The translations under genes and the position numbers were made by a program. A stretch of DNA of 64,000 nt from an uncultured Clostridia bacterium (GTDB taxonomy: Bacteria; Bacillota; Clostridia; Christensenellales; UBA1242), in the NCBI GenBank assembly GCA_934757865.1, contig CAKVLS010000004.1:15981-79980 (forward strand), written 5' to 3'. Below, in pieces: positions 1 to 9,221 of this stretch. Numbering within the stretch: position 1 is the first letter of the stretch; each line of letters starts with the position of its first letter. The notes beneath the pieces were generated by a model. The model worked only from the letters and a program-made list of their open reading frames with translations. It was not told the origin of the DNA and did not search any database.

Positions 1-537
1 CTCATCTGTGTCGTATTTGTTCTTTCTAAAGAACTCTCCAACAATAAGTTTGTTATCCCTTACAAGCACAAAGTCAGCACCATTTCCTGGTGAAAAACTA
101 TCAATAATATCTACTACTCCGCCATTTTCAGCGTTTTTTGCATCAATGTAGCTAAATCTATGAACTTTTTTGTCGCCAACAATCCAGCCATAATCTCCGC
201 TGATTGTTATACCACCACAGTGACCATTATATGCTACGCCACCTTCTCTAAAAGTCACATATTTTTCTAGTTCTTTAGTCCCGTAGTTAACAAAATACAC
301 TCTCGAAGCTCCGCCCTTGCTCATGTATCCACCTACAAGGAAAGTATCGTTTGTGTCATCATACGCAAGTCCCTGTGGGCAAAAGTCAGTATTAAGCCCC
401 GGGATACCAAATTCTTTTTTTGCTATCGCATCAAAAGCTGGGAAACTAGCCCCAAAATAATAAATCATTAGCGCTATAAATAAAACCGCAACAACAGATG
501 CCACAACCGAAAGCGCAACTTTTGTTTTCTTTTTCAT
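1..537 (-). CDS. hypothetical membrane-anchored protein; first 179 codons, gene runs off the left edge
   Basis: ATG at 537-535 with AGGAG about 8 nt upstream, and the frame stays open to position 1. Translation starts MKKKTKVALSVVASVVAVLFIALMIYYF (signal anchor), followed by a Gly/Tyr-rich domain. Absent from the ORF track because no stop lies in the window. Confidence 0.6.
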   Translation of the reverse strand, partial: MKKKTKVALSVVASVVAVLFIALMIYYFGASFPAFDAIAKKEFGIPGLNTDFCPQGLAYDDTNDTFLVGGYMSKGGASRVYFVNYGTKELEKYVTFREGGVAYNGHCGGITISGDYGWIVGDKKVHRFSYIDAKNAENGGVVDIIDSFSPGNGADFVLVRDNKLIVGEFFRKNKYDTDE

Positions 538-602
538 AACACATCTCCTACATTTAATATATCATATAAAAAATATTTATCAAAGCATAAAGGACAAGTT
601 TT

Positions 603-863
603 TTAGATAGCAAGCACTAGACAAACTATCGAAAGTGCCGCAAGGATTATTCCTATAAGTATTTTTAGCCAGTTTTGTTTGTAATCAATTTCCTTAAAGT
701 AAAACACACCAATAAGTATTGTCCAGATACTATTAAGTGAAATTATGCTAAAAGCAATACTTCCAGCAAGATATATATACGCAAGCACATTAAAAATCGC
801 CGCAAAACCATAAATTGTACCAGAAATAATTTGATAAAAATTAAAATCAAAAAGACAGGTCAT
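603..863 (-). CDS. 86-aa three-TM membrane protein, possibly the C-terminal remnant of a DMT/EamA-type transporter
   Basis: Hydrophobic ORF with no convincing RBS. Its ATG lies in the loop of the terminator hairpin of the upstream gene. Confidence 0.3.
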   Translation of the reverse strand: MTCLFDFNFYQIISGTIYGFAAIFNVLAYIYLAGSIAFSIISLNSIWTILIGVFYFKEIDYKQNWLKILIGIILAALSIVCLVLAI

Positions 864-876
864 TAACCTGTCTTTT
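842..876. terminator. Rho-independent terminator after the EEP gene
   Basis: Stem AGACAGG (852-858) / CCTGTCT (866-872), flanked by an A-run and a T-run. Confidence 0.6.
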
Positions 877-888
877 TATCAAATAAAA

Positions 889-1992
889 TTATACATTTAA
901 CTTAAATGTCATAGTTGCTGGATTGTGGTCTGAATACATAAAATCAGTATCAATATTATTGTTACTTACAATAGTTATGTTGTCCGAAACAATAAATCCG
1001 TCTAAAACAACTGAGTAATTTACGCCTTTTTTGTATGCCATATCTGTAGAACGGCAAGTTGGTGCATTGGTAGAAGCACTAAATGAAAAATGCTCTGCCA
1101 AATCAGAATTAGAAAGTTGGAAAACCCATTCTGGCACTTGTTGCTCCGTTTCGAATAAGTTAAGAGAATTGGCGATATCGTGATTGAAGTCTCCGCCAGC
1201 AACAACATAGTTGCCATTGTCGTACTCCTCTTTCAAAACTGCATTAAGCATAGCTAGTTGTTTAGCTCTAATTTTTCCGCCTTTGTCATAGGCGCTCATA
1301 TGCAAGTTTATTAACACAAGTTGCTTTTCGCTACCTTCTATTGGAAGTTTTTGAACAGAAAAGCATCTATCAAGGTCAAAGAATTTAGCAAAAAATCCAT
1401 TATCAACTGGGAAAGAACGGCGTTCAGCTTCAGCTATTTTATACTTACTATAAGTCGCAATTCCAGCATTTACATAACCATGAGGGTCGGTAAGTGGATA
1501 GAATAAAAATCCTGAGTGGAAGTTTGAGGCAAAGGTTGTTCCGTAACCCCCAAAAGCCTCGCTAAGCATATTGTACTGATTAACTTTGTGACTTCTTGTA
1601 GCATCAGTGTCAACTTCTTGGAAAAACATAAAATCGCAGTTCTCGCCTTTAACTGCGTTTATTGCCCCATTTGTGTTTGTAAGCACAGTTTGTTTGTTTT
1701 TGGCCGTACTTCCAGTACCTGAGACCTTTTTACCATTTTTCATCACTCCACTATCCATAAAGAAGCTAAAGTCTTGCGAATATGCTCCAAAACCTATATT
1801 GTATGTAGAGATTTTGTAATCAGTGTCAAATTGAACCATTGATTCAGTATTGTTGGCAACCGAAAGAATCTTATGATCCTCTATTCTATAATACTGAATA
1901 GACAAATACGCAACATAGCCACCCAAAACTAGTACAATCAGTCCAATCAACCCAAGCACTGAAAAAATTGTAATTTTAACCCATTTTGGCAT
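889..1992 (-). CDS. endonuclease/exonuclease/phosphatase (EEP) family protein, membrane anchored
   Basis: N-terminal TM helix. EEP motifs GGDFNHD and SDHNP near the C-terminus. Confidence 0.8.
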   Translation of the reverse strand: MPKWVKITIFSVLGLIGLIVLVLGGYVAYLSIQYYRIEDHKILSVANNTESMVQFDTDYKISTYNIGFGAYSQDFSFFMDSGVMKNGKKVSGTGSTAKNKQTVLTNTNGAINAVKGENCDFMFFQEVDTDATRSHKVNQYNMLSEAFGGYGTTFASNFHSGFLFYPLTDPHGYVNAGIATYSKYKIAEAERRSFPVDNGFFAKFFDLDRCFSVQKLPIEGSEKQLVLINLHMSAYDKGGKIRAKQLAMLNAVLKEEYDNGNYVVAGGDFNHDIANSLNLFETEQQVPEWVFQLSNSDLAEHFSFSASTNAPTCRSTDMAYKKGVNYSVVLDGFIVSDNITIVSNNNIDTDFMYSDHNPATMTFKLNV

Positions 1993-2200
1993 ATTGTTAT
2001 CACTCCCTACTTACATATTAACATACAATTTTTAATTTTCAAAATAAAATTGATATACAAGGTTTTTAGAGCTTCAACTATTTTTATCCTCACGCAAATC
2101 TTACCCCTTATACAAAAAATCCTCTTTTTTGAATAGGACTACTAAAATATAAAAAGCTTAATTTACAAATCTTTGATATGCATGTAGCTTCAATTACAAT

Positions 2201-2273
2201 AAAAAAAGACACCACAGAAGTCGTTATCAACTCATTGCCCCAAATATCAGGGGATAACGCTTACCTGTGGTGT
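2201..2273 (-). terminator. terminator of the tRNA operon, extended nested hairpin
   Basis: Outer stem ACACCACAG (2209-2217) / CTGTGGTGT (2265-2273). Inner pairs CGTTATC/GATAACG and CCCC/GGGG. Seven U follow on the minus strand (A-run 2201-2207). Confidence 0.6.
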
Positions 2274-2281
2274 GATTTCAA

Positions 2282-2364
2282 TGGTGCGGATGAGAGGAAT
2301 CGAACCCCCACTCTTTCGAACTAGATCCTAAGTCTAGCGCGTCTGCCAGTTCCGCCACATCCGC
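2282..2364 (-). tRNA. tRNA-Leu (anticodon UAG), long variable arm, encoded CCA
   Basis: Acceptor GCGGATG/CATCCGC, anticodon loop CTTAGGA, T-loop GGTTCGATTCC. Confidence 0.9.
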
Positions 2365-2367
2365 ATG

Positions 2368-2443
2368 TGGTGATCCATTCGCGGTTTGAACGCGAGACCC
2401 CTTGATTAAAAGTCAAGTGCTCTACCAGCTGAGCTAATGGATC
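2368..2443 (-). tRNA. tRNA-Lys (anticodon UUU), encoded CCA
   Basis: Acceptor GATCCAT/ATGGATC, anticodon loop CTTTTAA. Confidence 0.9.
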
Positions 2444-2451
2444 ATATATAA

Positions 2452-2526
2452 TGGCTGGGGTGGCAAGAATCGAACTTACGAATGTCAGAGTCAAAGTCTG
2501 ATGCCTTACCGCTTGGCTACACCCCA
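2452..2526 (-). tRNA. tRNA-Gln (anticodon UUG), encoded CCA
   Basis: Acceptor TGGGGTG/CACCCCA, anticodon stem TCAGA/TCTGA, loop CTTTGAC. Confidence 0.9.
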
Positions 2527-2545
2527 TTATATTTTGCGGTAATTT

Positions 2546-2620
2546 TGGCTGGGGTGGTAGGATTTGAACCCACGAATGCGGGAGTCAGAGACCCGTGCCT
2601 TACCGCTTGGCTACACCCCA
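2546..2620 (-). tRNA. tRNA-Gln (anticodon CUG), encoded CCA
   Basis: Same acceptor and D-arm as the neighbouring Gln gene. Anticodon loop CTCTGAC. Confidence 0.85.
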
Positions 2621-2629
2621 TTATATTAT

Positions 2630-2707
2630 TGGGGTGAAAGATGGGACTCGAACCCACGACCTCCAGAGCCACAATCTGGCGCTCTAGCCAACTGAGCTAC
2701 AATCACC
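2630..2707 (-). tRNA. tRNA-His (anticodon GUG) with G-1, encoded CCA
   Basis: Anticodon stem CCAGA/TCTGG with loop TTGTGGC. An extra 5' G pairs with C73. The acceptor stem carries two adjacent U-U mismatches. Confidence 0.85.
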
Positions 2708-2712
2708 ATAAA

Positions 2713-2789
2713 TGGTGCACCAGAAGGGATTCGAACCCCTGACACCCGCCTTAGAAGGGCGGTGCTCTATCCAGCTGAGCTACTGGTGC
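2713..2789 (-). tRNA. tRNA-Arg (anticodon UCU), encoded CCA
   Basis: Acceptor GCACCAG/CTGGTGC, anticodon stem CCGCC/GGCGG, loop CTTCTAA. Confidence 0.9.
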
Positions 2790-2825
2790 ATACACAACCT
2801 TAGCTACTCTCTAGGGGGTATACAA

Positions 2826-2899
2826 TGGAGCGGGTGATGGGAATCGGACCCACGCGGCCAGCTTGGAAGGCTGGAACTCTACCATTGAGCTACACCCGC
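2826..2899 (-). tRNA. tRNA-Gly (anticodon UCC), encoded CCA
   Basis: Acceptor GCGGGTG/CACCCGC, anticodon stem CCAGC/GCTGG, loop CTTCCAA. Confidence 0.9.
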
Positions 2900-2929
2900 A
2901 AATATGATGTCGCTTTTGTGAACGAGATT

Positions 2930-2958
2930 ATATTACCACACTTTGTCTATGGTGTCAA
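2930..2958 (-). promoter_or_regulatory. sigma-A type promoter of the tRNA operon
   Basis: Minus-strand TTGACA (2958-2953), 17-nt spacer ending TGG, then TAATAT (2935-2930). Lies about 30 nt upstream of tRNA-Gly. Confidence 0.6.
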
Positions 2959-3048
2959 CAAAAATATTAAAAAAATTTTTGTTTTTTATAATTTTAGCAT
3001 TTTTTGTTAGCTACTAGCACAACCTATTTTTAAGGGAGGGTAAAATAT

Positions 3049-3258
3049 ATGAGAATTGCTAACCTAATCGCATACATTTTGCTAATAACAGGCGGTATAG
3101 TATGGCTTGTTGTAGGTATTGCAGGCTTTGATATAGTGGCAGGAATTTTTGGCACATTATCTGTTATGTCAAGAATTGTCTATATCTTAGTAGGTCTTAG
3201 TGCTATCTGGCTTATTATTTCGCCTATTATCACAAATGACCACAAGTTGGAACTATAA
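3049..3258 (+). CDS. DUF378-family small membrane protein
   Basis: RBS AGGGAGGG. Two-TM protein with the DUF378-like GGIVWLVVGIAGFDIVAGIFG segment. Confidence 0.75.
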   Translation: MRIANLIAYILLITGGIVWLVVGIAGFDIVAGIFGTLSVMSRIVYILVGLSAIWLIISPIITNDHKLEL

Positions 3259-3260
3259 AC

Positions 3261-3293
3261 AAAAAAACTAGCATTATTTGTGCTAGTTTTTTT
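3261..3293. terminator. bidirectional terminator between the DUF378 gene and spoIVA
   Basis: Stem CTAGCA (3268-3273) / TGCTAG (3281-3286), A-run before and T-run after. Confidence 0.7.
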
Positions 3294-3318
3294 ATTCTAT
3301 GACTTGAGATTAGGTTTT

Positions 3319-4794
3319 TTATAATAATATGCAGATAATTCCGCCTTTGCCTTCGTTAACTATTCTGCCTAGAGTTTTACGCATTTTGTTTTGCGCTTCT
3401 ACTGGCATTTGAACTAGTTTATTATTTAGTCCCTCATTAACTAGGTCGTGAAGAGATTTTCCAAACATATTGGTTTCCCAAATACCTTGTGGATTGCTCT
3501 CAAACTCTTTTAGAAGATATTTAATTAAGTCTGAACTTTGTTGCTCAGTACCAACTATTGAGCTGATTTCCGTCTGGACATCTACTCTCATCACATGCAA
3601 GCTAGGTGCAGAAGCTTTGAGTTTGACCCCGTATCTAGAACCTTGTTTGATTATTTCTGGCTCTTCTAATGTTAGCTCGCTCGTGCTAGGACTTACTACG
3701 CCGTAACCTGTTCTTTCTACTTCGCTAAGAGCATCTTTTAGTTTATCATACTCCACTTTTGCATGAGATAGCTGTTTGATATAGCTAATCAAATGATAGT
3801 CGCTTGTTATCTCATATCCACATTGTTTGCTAAGAACTCTATAGAATAGATTTGGCTTAGGGACAACTTCGGCAATAGCTATACCTTCGCCCATTTTTAG
3901 CTCAGTGATAGTGATAGGCTCGAACATATCACTTGTTTCAAAAGCGATTTTTGTGCTATCAACTTCGCCCACTCTTGTTACATTGTCGACAAGTGATTTT
4001 GTTTCGGCAATGATTTCTTGTATCATTTCGTCATCAAAAGGCACTGCCTCGATCCATTTAGGAAGTTTAACTTTTAGGCTAGTTAGTGGGAAGTCCGCCA
4101 AGATTTTGGCAAACATTTCGTCAATATCTTCTTCTACCATATTAGCAACATCTAGTGCCATAACGCATGCATTGTACTTTTTGGCAAGAGATTTTACAAG
4201 CTCTTTTGTTAGCTCGTCTTTTGGCTTAGTTGTGTTAAGTATAAGCACAAAAGGTTTGTTTGAGGCTTTTAGTTCTTTGACTATTTTTTCTTCTGCCTCA
4301 ATATAGTCGCTACGAGGTATCCCGCTAAAACTACCATCAGTGGTCATAGCAACTGCAATGGTCGAATGCTCTGTTACTACTTTTTTTGTTCCAATTTCCG
4401 CCGCCTCGTCAAAAGGCATTGCTTCTTCTCTCCATGGGGTTTTGACTAGTCTAGGTCTGTTCTCTTCGCCGCTAACGGCAGATTTTATCATATAACCTAC
4501 ACAGTCTATTAGCCTTACATTAAGAGTTGTATTATCTTTTACTTTTATCTTAACAGCTTTGTTTGGGATAAACTTTGGCTGAGTGGTCATAACAGTTTTG
4601 CCATCGGCACTTTGTGGAAGTTCGTCTATTGCCCTATCTTTATCAAATTGATTTTGGATATTAGGAATAACGAGTGTATTTATAAACTTTGTGATAAAAG
4701 TTGATTTTCCACATCTAACAGGGCCAACAACACCTAGATAAATATCGCCATTAGTTCGTACGGCAATATCTTCATAAATATTGTAATTTGTCAT
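3319..4794 (-). CDS. spoIVA: stage IV sporulation protein A (spore coat morphogenetic ATPase)
   Basis: N-terminus MTNYNIYEDIAVRTNGDIYLGVVGPVRCGKSTFITKF matches the characteristic SpoIVA start with its Walker A. Length 491 aa. Confidence 0.95.
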   Translation of the reverse strand: MTNYNIYEDIAVRTNGDIYLGVVGPVRCGKSTFITKFINTLVIPNIQNQFDKDRAIDELPQSADGKTVMTTQPKFIPNKAVKIKVKDNTTLNVRLIDCVGYMIKSAVSGEENRPRLVKTPWREEAMPFDEAAEIGTKKVVTEHSTIAVAMTTDGSFSGIPRSDYIEAEEKIVKELKASNKPFVLILNTTKPKDELTKELVKSLAKKYNACVMALDVANMVEEDIDEMFAKILADFPLTSLKVKLPKWIEAVPFDDEMIQEIIAETKSLVDNVTRVGEVDSTKIAFETSDMFEPITITELKMGEGIAIAEVVPKPNLFYRVLSKQCGYEITSDYHLISYIKQLSHAKVEYDKLKDALSEVERTGYGVVSPSTSELTLEEPEIIKQGSRYGVKLKASAPSLHVMRVDVQTEISSIVGTEQQSSDLIKYLLKEFESNPQGIWETNMFGKSLHDLVNEGLNNKLVQMPVEAQNKMRKTLGRIVNEGKGGIICILL

Positions 4795-4823
4795 AATTTT
4801 TGCTCCTTATATAAGTATAGTAA

Positions 4824-4852
4824 AATATATGTCAGCAAAAATATCTTTATGA
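4824..4852 (-). promoter_or_regulatory. candidate sigma-E type promoter of spoIVA
   Basis: Minus strand reads TCATAAA, 14 nt, CATATATT, against my recollection of the consensus kmATAtt-14-CATACAnT. About 30 nt upstream of the AAGGAG RBS. Confidence 0.4.
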
Positions 4853-4864
4853 CACAAATGCAAA

Positions 4865-4897
4865 TAAAAAAGAGCAAGTTTGATTTTGCTCTTTTTG
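4865..4897 (-). terminator. terminator after plsY
   Basis: Stem AGAGCAA (4871-4877) / TTGCTCT (4886-4892), followed by a U-run on the minus strand. Confidence 0.7.
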
Positions 4898-5602
4898 TTA
4901 ACCTATTTCCTTTGGGTTGTATTTTTTCTTATTATGTCTTGCGACTACTTTGTTCTTAAATTTTACAAGGCTTGCTTTGAAGTTAACTTTGTTTTCTTTG
5001 CCCAATAAAAGTCTATCTATGTTGCTCCTGTGAGCAAACCACATCAAGAAGAATATCGCAAATAGCAATATACTGATGTATATATTATTAAACTTCATAT
5101 ACCTAAAACCTTCAACAATAGTAAAGGCTGTATTCATAAAGAACGATGTTAAAACAGCATAATCTAGTACTAATAGATATATAAATCCTATAACAAATAC
5201 TGCAAGTCCTAGTTTCCAGTCCGCAAAGAAAAACATACCATAAGTTACAGCTGCGCCTTTGCCTCCCTTAAACTTATAAAAGACTGGGTATATATTGCCG
5301 ACAAGGACAGATAGTCCGCCGACATAAAGTCCTATAATGCTTTGGGCACTGTTCCAATTTCCGCCAAATAGCAAAAATCCCGCCATAGCACCAAGAGCGC
5401 CTTTACCCATATCAAGTAGTAGCGTAATAAGCCCTAGCAAAAAGCCCTGATTACGAAGCATATTCATAGTGCCTGGGTTACCACTACCTTGTTTAGTTAT
5501 GTCTATCTTCTTGATTCTGCCGATTATCTTAGCAAAATATATATTGCCAAGTAAGTAGCAGCCGATTATAAGACAAACATATTTTACAATAGTTATTGTC
5601 AT
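4898..5602 (-). CDS. plsY: glycerol-3-phosphate acyltransferase PlsY
   Basis: Motifs GSGNPGTMN and FKGGKGAA in a polytopic membrane protein. Conserved der-plsY synteny. Confidence 0.9.
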   Translation of the reverse strand: MTITIVKYVCLIIGCYLLGNIYFAKIIGRIKKIDITKQGSGNPGTMNMLRNQGFLLGLITLLLDMGKGALGAMAGFLLFGGNWNSAQSIIGLYVGGLSVLVGNIYPVFYKFKGGKGAAVTYGMFFFADWKLGLAVFVIGFIYLLVLDYAVLTSFFMNTAFTIVEGFRYMKFNNIYISILLFAIFFLMWFAHRSNIDRLLLGKENKVNFKASLVKFKNKVVARHNKKKYNPKEIG

Positions 5603-6930
5603 TATTCTTCCTTTTCTCCACGAGTTTTGATAACTAGTTTGATTGGAGTTCCCGAAAAGTCAACATGTCTTCTTATGCAGTTCTCCAAATATCTTTCATA
5701 TGAAAAATGCATCAATTTTGCATCATTAACGCAGATAACAAAAGTTGGAGGATTAGTTGAAGCCTGAGTTGCAAACATAATTTTTAGTCTTCTACCATTT
5801 TTTGTAGGAGGCTCTTTAACTGTTATTGCCTCTTGCAAAATCTCATTCAAAACGCCAGTAGTTATACGCTTGCTTGCATTTTCCAAAACTTTATTTACAG
5901 TTGGCATTATTTTGTTAAGTCTTTGACCAGTATGCGCAGAAACATATAGAGGCTCGTAGTAGTCCATAAATTTTAAGTCTTGCTTTAGTTTTTCATTATA
6001 CTTGTTGATAGTCTTATCATCTTTTTCTACAAGGTCCCACTTGTTCATAACTATGATACTAGGTTTACCTTGCTCATGGACATAGCCCGCTATTCTTACA
6101 TCTTGCTCAGTTAGTTTATCTACACTATCTACAGCTATAAGAACTATATCTGCTCTCTCTATAGCGTCTAGCGACCTTAGTATACTATATCTCTCTACAC
6201 TCTCTTTTGGTATTTGGCTCTTTCTTCTCATGCCGGCGGTGTCAATTATTACATAATCTTTTCCGTCATACTTAAAAGGTGTATCAATGGCGTCACGAGT
6301 AGTTCCGGCAACATTGCTTACAACAACTCTATCCTCGCCCAAAATTTTATTAGTTATACTACTTTTACCAGCATTAGGACGACCAACTATGGCTATCTTG
6401 ATAGAAGGAACTAAGTCCTCGTCAGTTACTTTGACTTTGAAATGTTTAACAACCTCATCAAGAACATCGCCCACGCCCTTAGCCTGCTCAGCAGATACCG
6501 GGAAAGGCTCGCCAAGTCCTAAATCATAAAAGTCATATGATTTTTCTACTTCATTGTTATCTAGCTTGTTTACGACTAGGACAATAGGTTTTTTGCTCTT
6601 ACGCAAAAAGTCCGCAACATCTCTATCGCTATGAGTAATGCCTTCTCTTCCGTCAACAAAAAGCATAATAACATCCGCAAGGTCAATAGCTACTTGAGCT
6701 TGGGTCAAAATATTCTTTTGAATTTCGTCATTTGAATTAGAAAAATCTAGACCACCTGTGTCTACAAGAGTAAAATTATGTCCGCACCACTCGCAATCTG
6801 CGTAAATACGGTCTCTAGTTACTCCTGGCAAATCTTCTACAATGCTTAGCCTTCTGCCACAAACTCTATTAAAAAAAGTACTTTTGCCAACATTGGGACG
6901 ACCAACTATAGCAACTAATGGTTTTTTCAT
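5602..6930 (-). CDS. der: ribosome-associated GTPase Der/EngA
   Basis: Two tandem G domains (GRPNVGKST and GRPNAGKSS) plus a KH-like C-terminus. Confidence 0.95.
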   Translation of the reverse strand: MKKPLVAIVGRPNVGKSTFFNRVCGRRLSIVEDLPGVTRDRIYADCEWCGHNFTLVDTGGLDFSNSNDEIQKNILTQAQVAIDLADVIMLFVDGREGITHSDRDVADFLRKSKKPIVLVVNKLDNNEVEKSYDFYDLGLGEPFPVSAEQAKGVGDVLDEVVKHFKVKVTDEDLVPSIKIAIVGRPNAGKSSITNKILGEDRVVVSNVAGTTRDAIDTPFKYDGKDYVIIDTAGMRRKSQIPKESVERYSILRSLDAIERADIVLIAVDSVDKLTEQDVRIAGYVHEQGKPSIIVMNKWDLVEKDDKTINKYNEKLKQDLKFMDYYEPLYVSAHTGQRLNKIMPTVNKVLENASKRITTGVLNEILQEAITVKEPPTKNGRRLKIMFATQASTNPPTFVICVNDAKLMHFSYERYLENCIRRHVDFSGTPIKLVIKTRGEKEE

Positions 6931-6979
6931 AATTTACCTCTTATGTATTGTAGCACAAATATCACTAATATTCCAACAA

Positions 6980-8875
6980 TTATTTTGTGTTTTTGGGGCA
7001 ATTTTTATATTTACAATTTTTACACCCAGAGCACCCTCTCAAAAATGCAACTGATATGGTAACAAGCATTATTACTATGACTACAATAAGCCAAGCTATG
7101 CTTTTTCTTGCCAAAAGTCCCAGCATATACACAACGCTACATGTAAGGTATGCAATGCCGGTATTTATAAGAAAAGAATAAACAGCATACTTTTTGCCGA
7201 TAGTTTTGCTCATACTACTAAGCGTACTAATGCATGGACTGTATAGGCTAACAAAAAGTATAAAGATAAATAATGTAAGTGGCGAAAAATACGCCTCTAA
7301 CCCACCACTCATACATAGCATTATATCTTTAGCATTTATTCCAGAAGTTAGGGCGAGCGTTGTAAGCACAAGTTCTTTTGCCATGATGCCAACAAAAAGA
7401 GCGCAAACAATCGCCCAATTATTAAGCCCAATGGGAGCAAAGATAGGAGCGAAAATTTTGCATATGTTTTTCAAAATACTATTGTCGCTATCTAGCCTAA
7501 ATGAGAAGTTAAAGTTACGCAAAAACCACACACAAATATTAACCAAAAATATAGTCGTGCCTATCTTGATAAAGAAATTTTTTGCAGTGTCAAGACTTGA
7601 TTTTAGGCACTTTTTTGTAGACGGAACATGATAGTCTGGAAGCTCCAATATAAGACATTTTTTATTACTTTTTATAAAAAATTTATTGCTCAAATATGTA
7701 ACAAAAAGCCCAACAAAAAGCGTCAAACTATATAGCAAAATTACATACAAAAAGCCCAAATTTTTGCTCAAAATTTTTGTAAAAATTACAAAGATAGGTA
7801 GCTTAGCCGAACAGCAAACAAACGGCAAAAGCATAGATAATTTTTTGCGACTAGGCTCGTCCTCTTGGGACGATGTAGTAATCATAGCTGTTGTGTTGCA
7901 CCCAAAAGACACAAGCAAGCTAAATATACTTTTGCCCGACAGCCCAACAAAAGATAGTAGCCCCTCAAACATAAAAGCTATACGAGCAAGATAGCCGCTA
8001 TCTTCTAGAATATTGATGCATATAGACACCAGCAAAATTTGTGGCAAAAAAGATATAATTCCCACAAAAGCCTCTAATATGCCATCAATTACAAGTGAGT
8101 AAACAAACTCTCCAGCGTTTAATTTCCTTATAAGGTTAGTTATAGGATTTTTGATTATCAGGTCAATAAGCCTTGATAAAAGGCTAGAAAGTGTATCTCC
8201 CACATATCCAAAGCATATAAAGAACATAAGCGCCACAATAATAGCAAATATAGGTAGCGAAAATATTGGGCTCAAAAATAGTTTATCAATAGAGAACTTT
8301 TTCTCTTTTTTTATAAGTTTGCACTTAGCAAGTAGCCTCTCGATATACTTATATCTAATAACTACTTTTTGGTCAAACGCAAGGCTATCAAATCTACTGT
8401 CAAAGTAGTCTAATTTACCTTGATGAAAGTCAACATTTATTAGCTTATCATTACTAACATTTTTTGCACTATCAACTATAATATCTACGCCAAGAAGTTC
8501 TTTTAATTTTTTAAAATTAAGCTCAGTTTTTTGCCTTCCAAACTTGTTGATGAATAGAACAATATTATAACCTTTTTCGATAAGTAGTAGAGTCAAATAT
8601 AAGTTGCGTTCTAGGCTTTCTAAACTACAAATATTTATAATCTTTTGGCTTTTTTCAAGAGCCTTCGCGGTGACTTTTTCTTCTATGCTATAACCTGTTA
8701 GATTATAGCACCCCGGAAGGTCAACAAAAATCTCTTTTTTGCCACCAAAAATAATTTCTTTTTTCTTTTCGCTGACGGTTACGCCGTGCCAGTTACCTAC
8801 TCTTTCGTTGCTTTTTGTCAAATGATTAAAAAGAACAGTTTTGCCCACATTAGGATTGCCAACAAGAGAGTACAT
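6980..8875 (-). CDS. feoB: ferrous iron transporter FeoB
   Basis: N-terminal G domain GNPNVGKTVLFN followed by a large polytopic membrane domain. Has a 1-nt overlap with feoA. Confidence 0.9.
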   Translation of the reverse strand: MYSLVGNPNVGKTVLFNHLTKSNERVGNWHGVTVSEKKKEIIFGGKKEIFVDLPGCYNLTGYSIEEKVTAKALEKSQKIINICSLESLERNLYLTLLLIEKGYNIVLFINKFGRQKTELNFKKLKELLGVDIIVDSAKNVSNDKLINVDFHQGKLDYFDSRFDSLAFDQKVVIRYKYIERLLAKCKLIKKEKKFSIDKLFLSPIFSLPIFAIIVALMFFICFGYVGDTLSSLLSRLIDLIIKNPITNLIRKLNAGEFVYSLVIDGILEAFVGIISFLPQILLVSICINILEDSGYLARIAFMFEGLLSFVGLSGKSIFSLLVSFGCNTTAMITTSSQEDEPSRKKLSMLLPFVCCSAKLPIFVIFTKILSKNLGFLYVILLYSLTLFVGLFVTYLSNKFFIKSNKKCLILELPDYHVPSTKKCLKSSLDTAKNFFIKIGTTIFLVNICVWFLRNFNFSFRLDSDNSILKNICKIFAPIFAPIGLNNWAIVCALFVGIMAKELVLTTLALTSGINAKDIMLCMSGGLEAYFSPLTLFIFILFVSLYSPCISTLSSMSKTIGKKYAVYSFLINTGIAYLTCSVVYMLGLLARKSIAWLIVVIVIMLVTISVAFLRGCSGCKNCKYKNCPKNTK

Positions 8876-9090
8876 TATTCCACCTCAATATTTTTTGCAA
8901 GAGCGCCAGAGATTATTATTTCAAATCCCCTTAGCCTTACCAAAAATACACCTTTTCTATACCCTATTGCTTTAATAGTGACAGGCGTGCTAACAAAGCC
9001 CATTTCCATAAGCCTTGCCCTGTCCTCGCACTCTTTGATAGACTTTACTAAATATGTGCTGTTTCTTTTACCTTCATATAGACAAATCAT
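8875..9090 (-). CDS. feoA: FeoA-domain protein
   Basis: 71-aa SH3-like protein immediately upstream of feoB and translationally coupled to it. Confidence 0.8.
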   Translation of the reverse strand: MICLYEGKRNSTYLVKSIKECEDRARLMEMGFVSTPVTIKAIGYRKGVFLVRLRGFEIIISGALAKNIEVE

Positions 9091-9169
9091 AATATATGAT
9101 TATTCATTCGCTTGGCTTTTTATTATTTTTATCAATTACTTTTGCCTTCAAGCAATACAAAAACTATAA

Positions 9170-9196
9170 AAAATGATAGTTATATAATTATAACTA
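9170..9196 (-). terminator. weak AT-rich hairpin after nrdR
   Basis: Stem TAGTTATA (9177-9184) / TATAACTA (9189-9196) with a 4-nt loop, followed by TCATTTTTT on the minus strand. Confidence 0.35.
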
Positions 9197-9221
9197 CCAC
9201 TTAATTGCAATTTTTCATTTC

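Noticed and set aside
2321-3010. ORF-track entries 2321-2527 (-) and 2825-3010 (+)
   Set aside because: They lie entirely across the tRNA genes (Lys/Gln and Gly). The translations are artefacts of structured RNA sequence.
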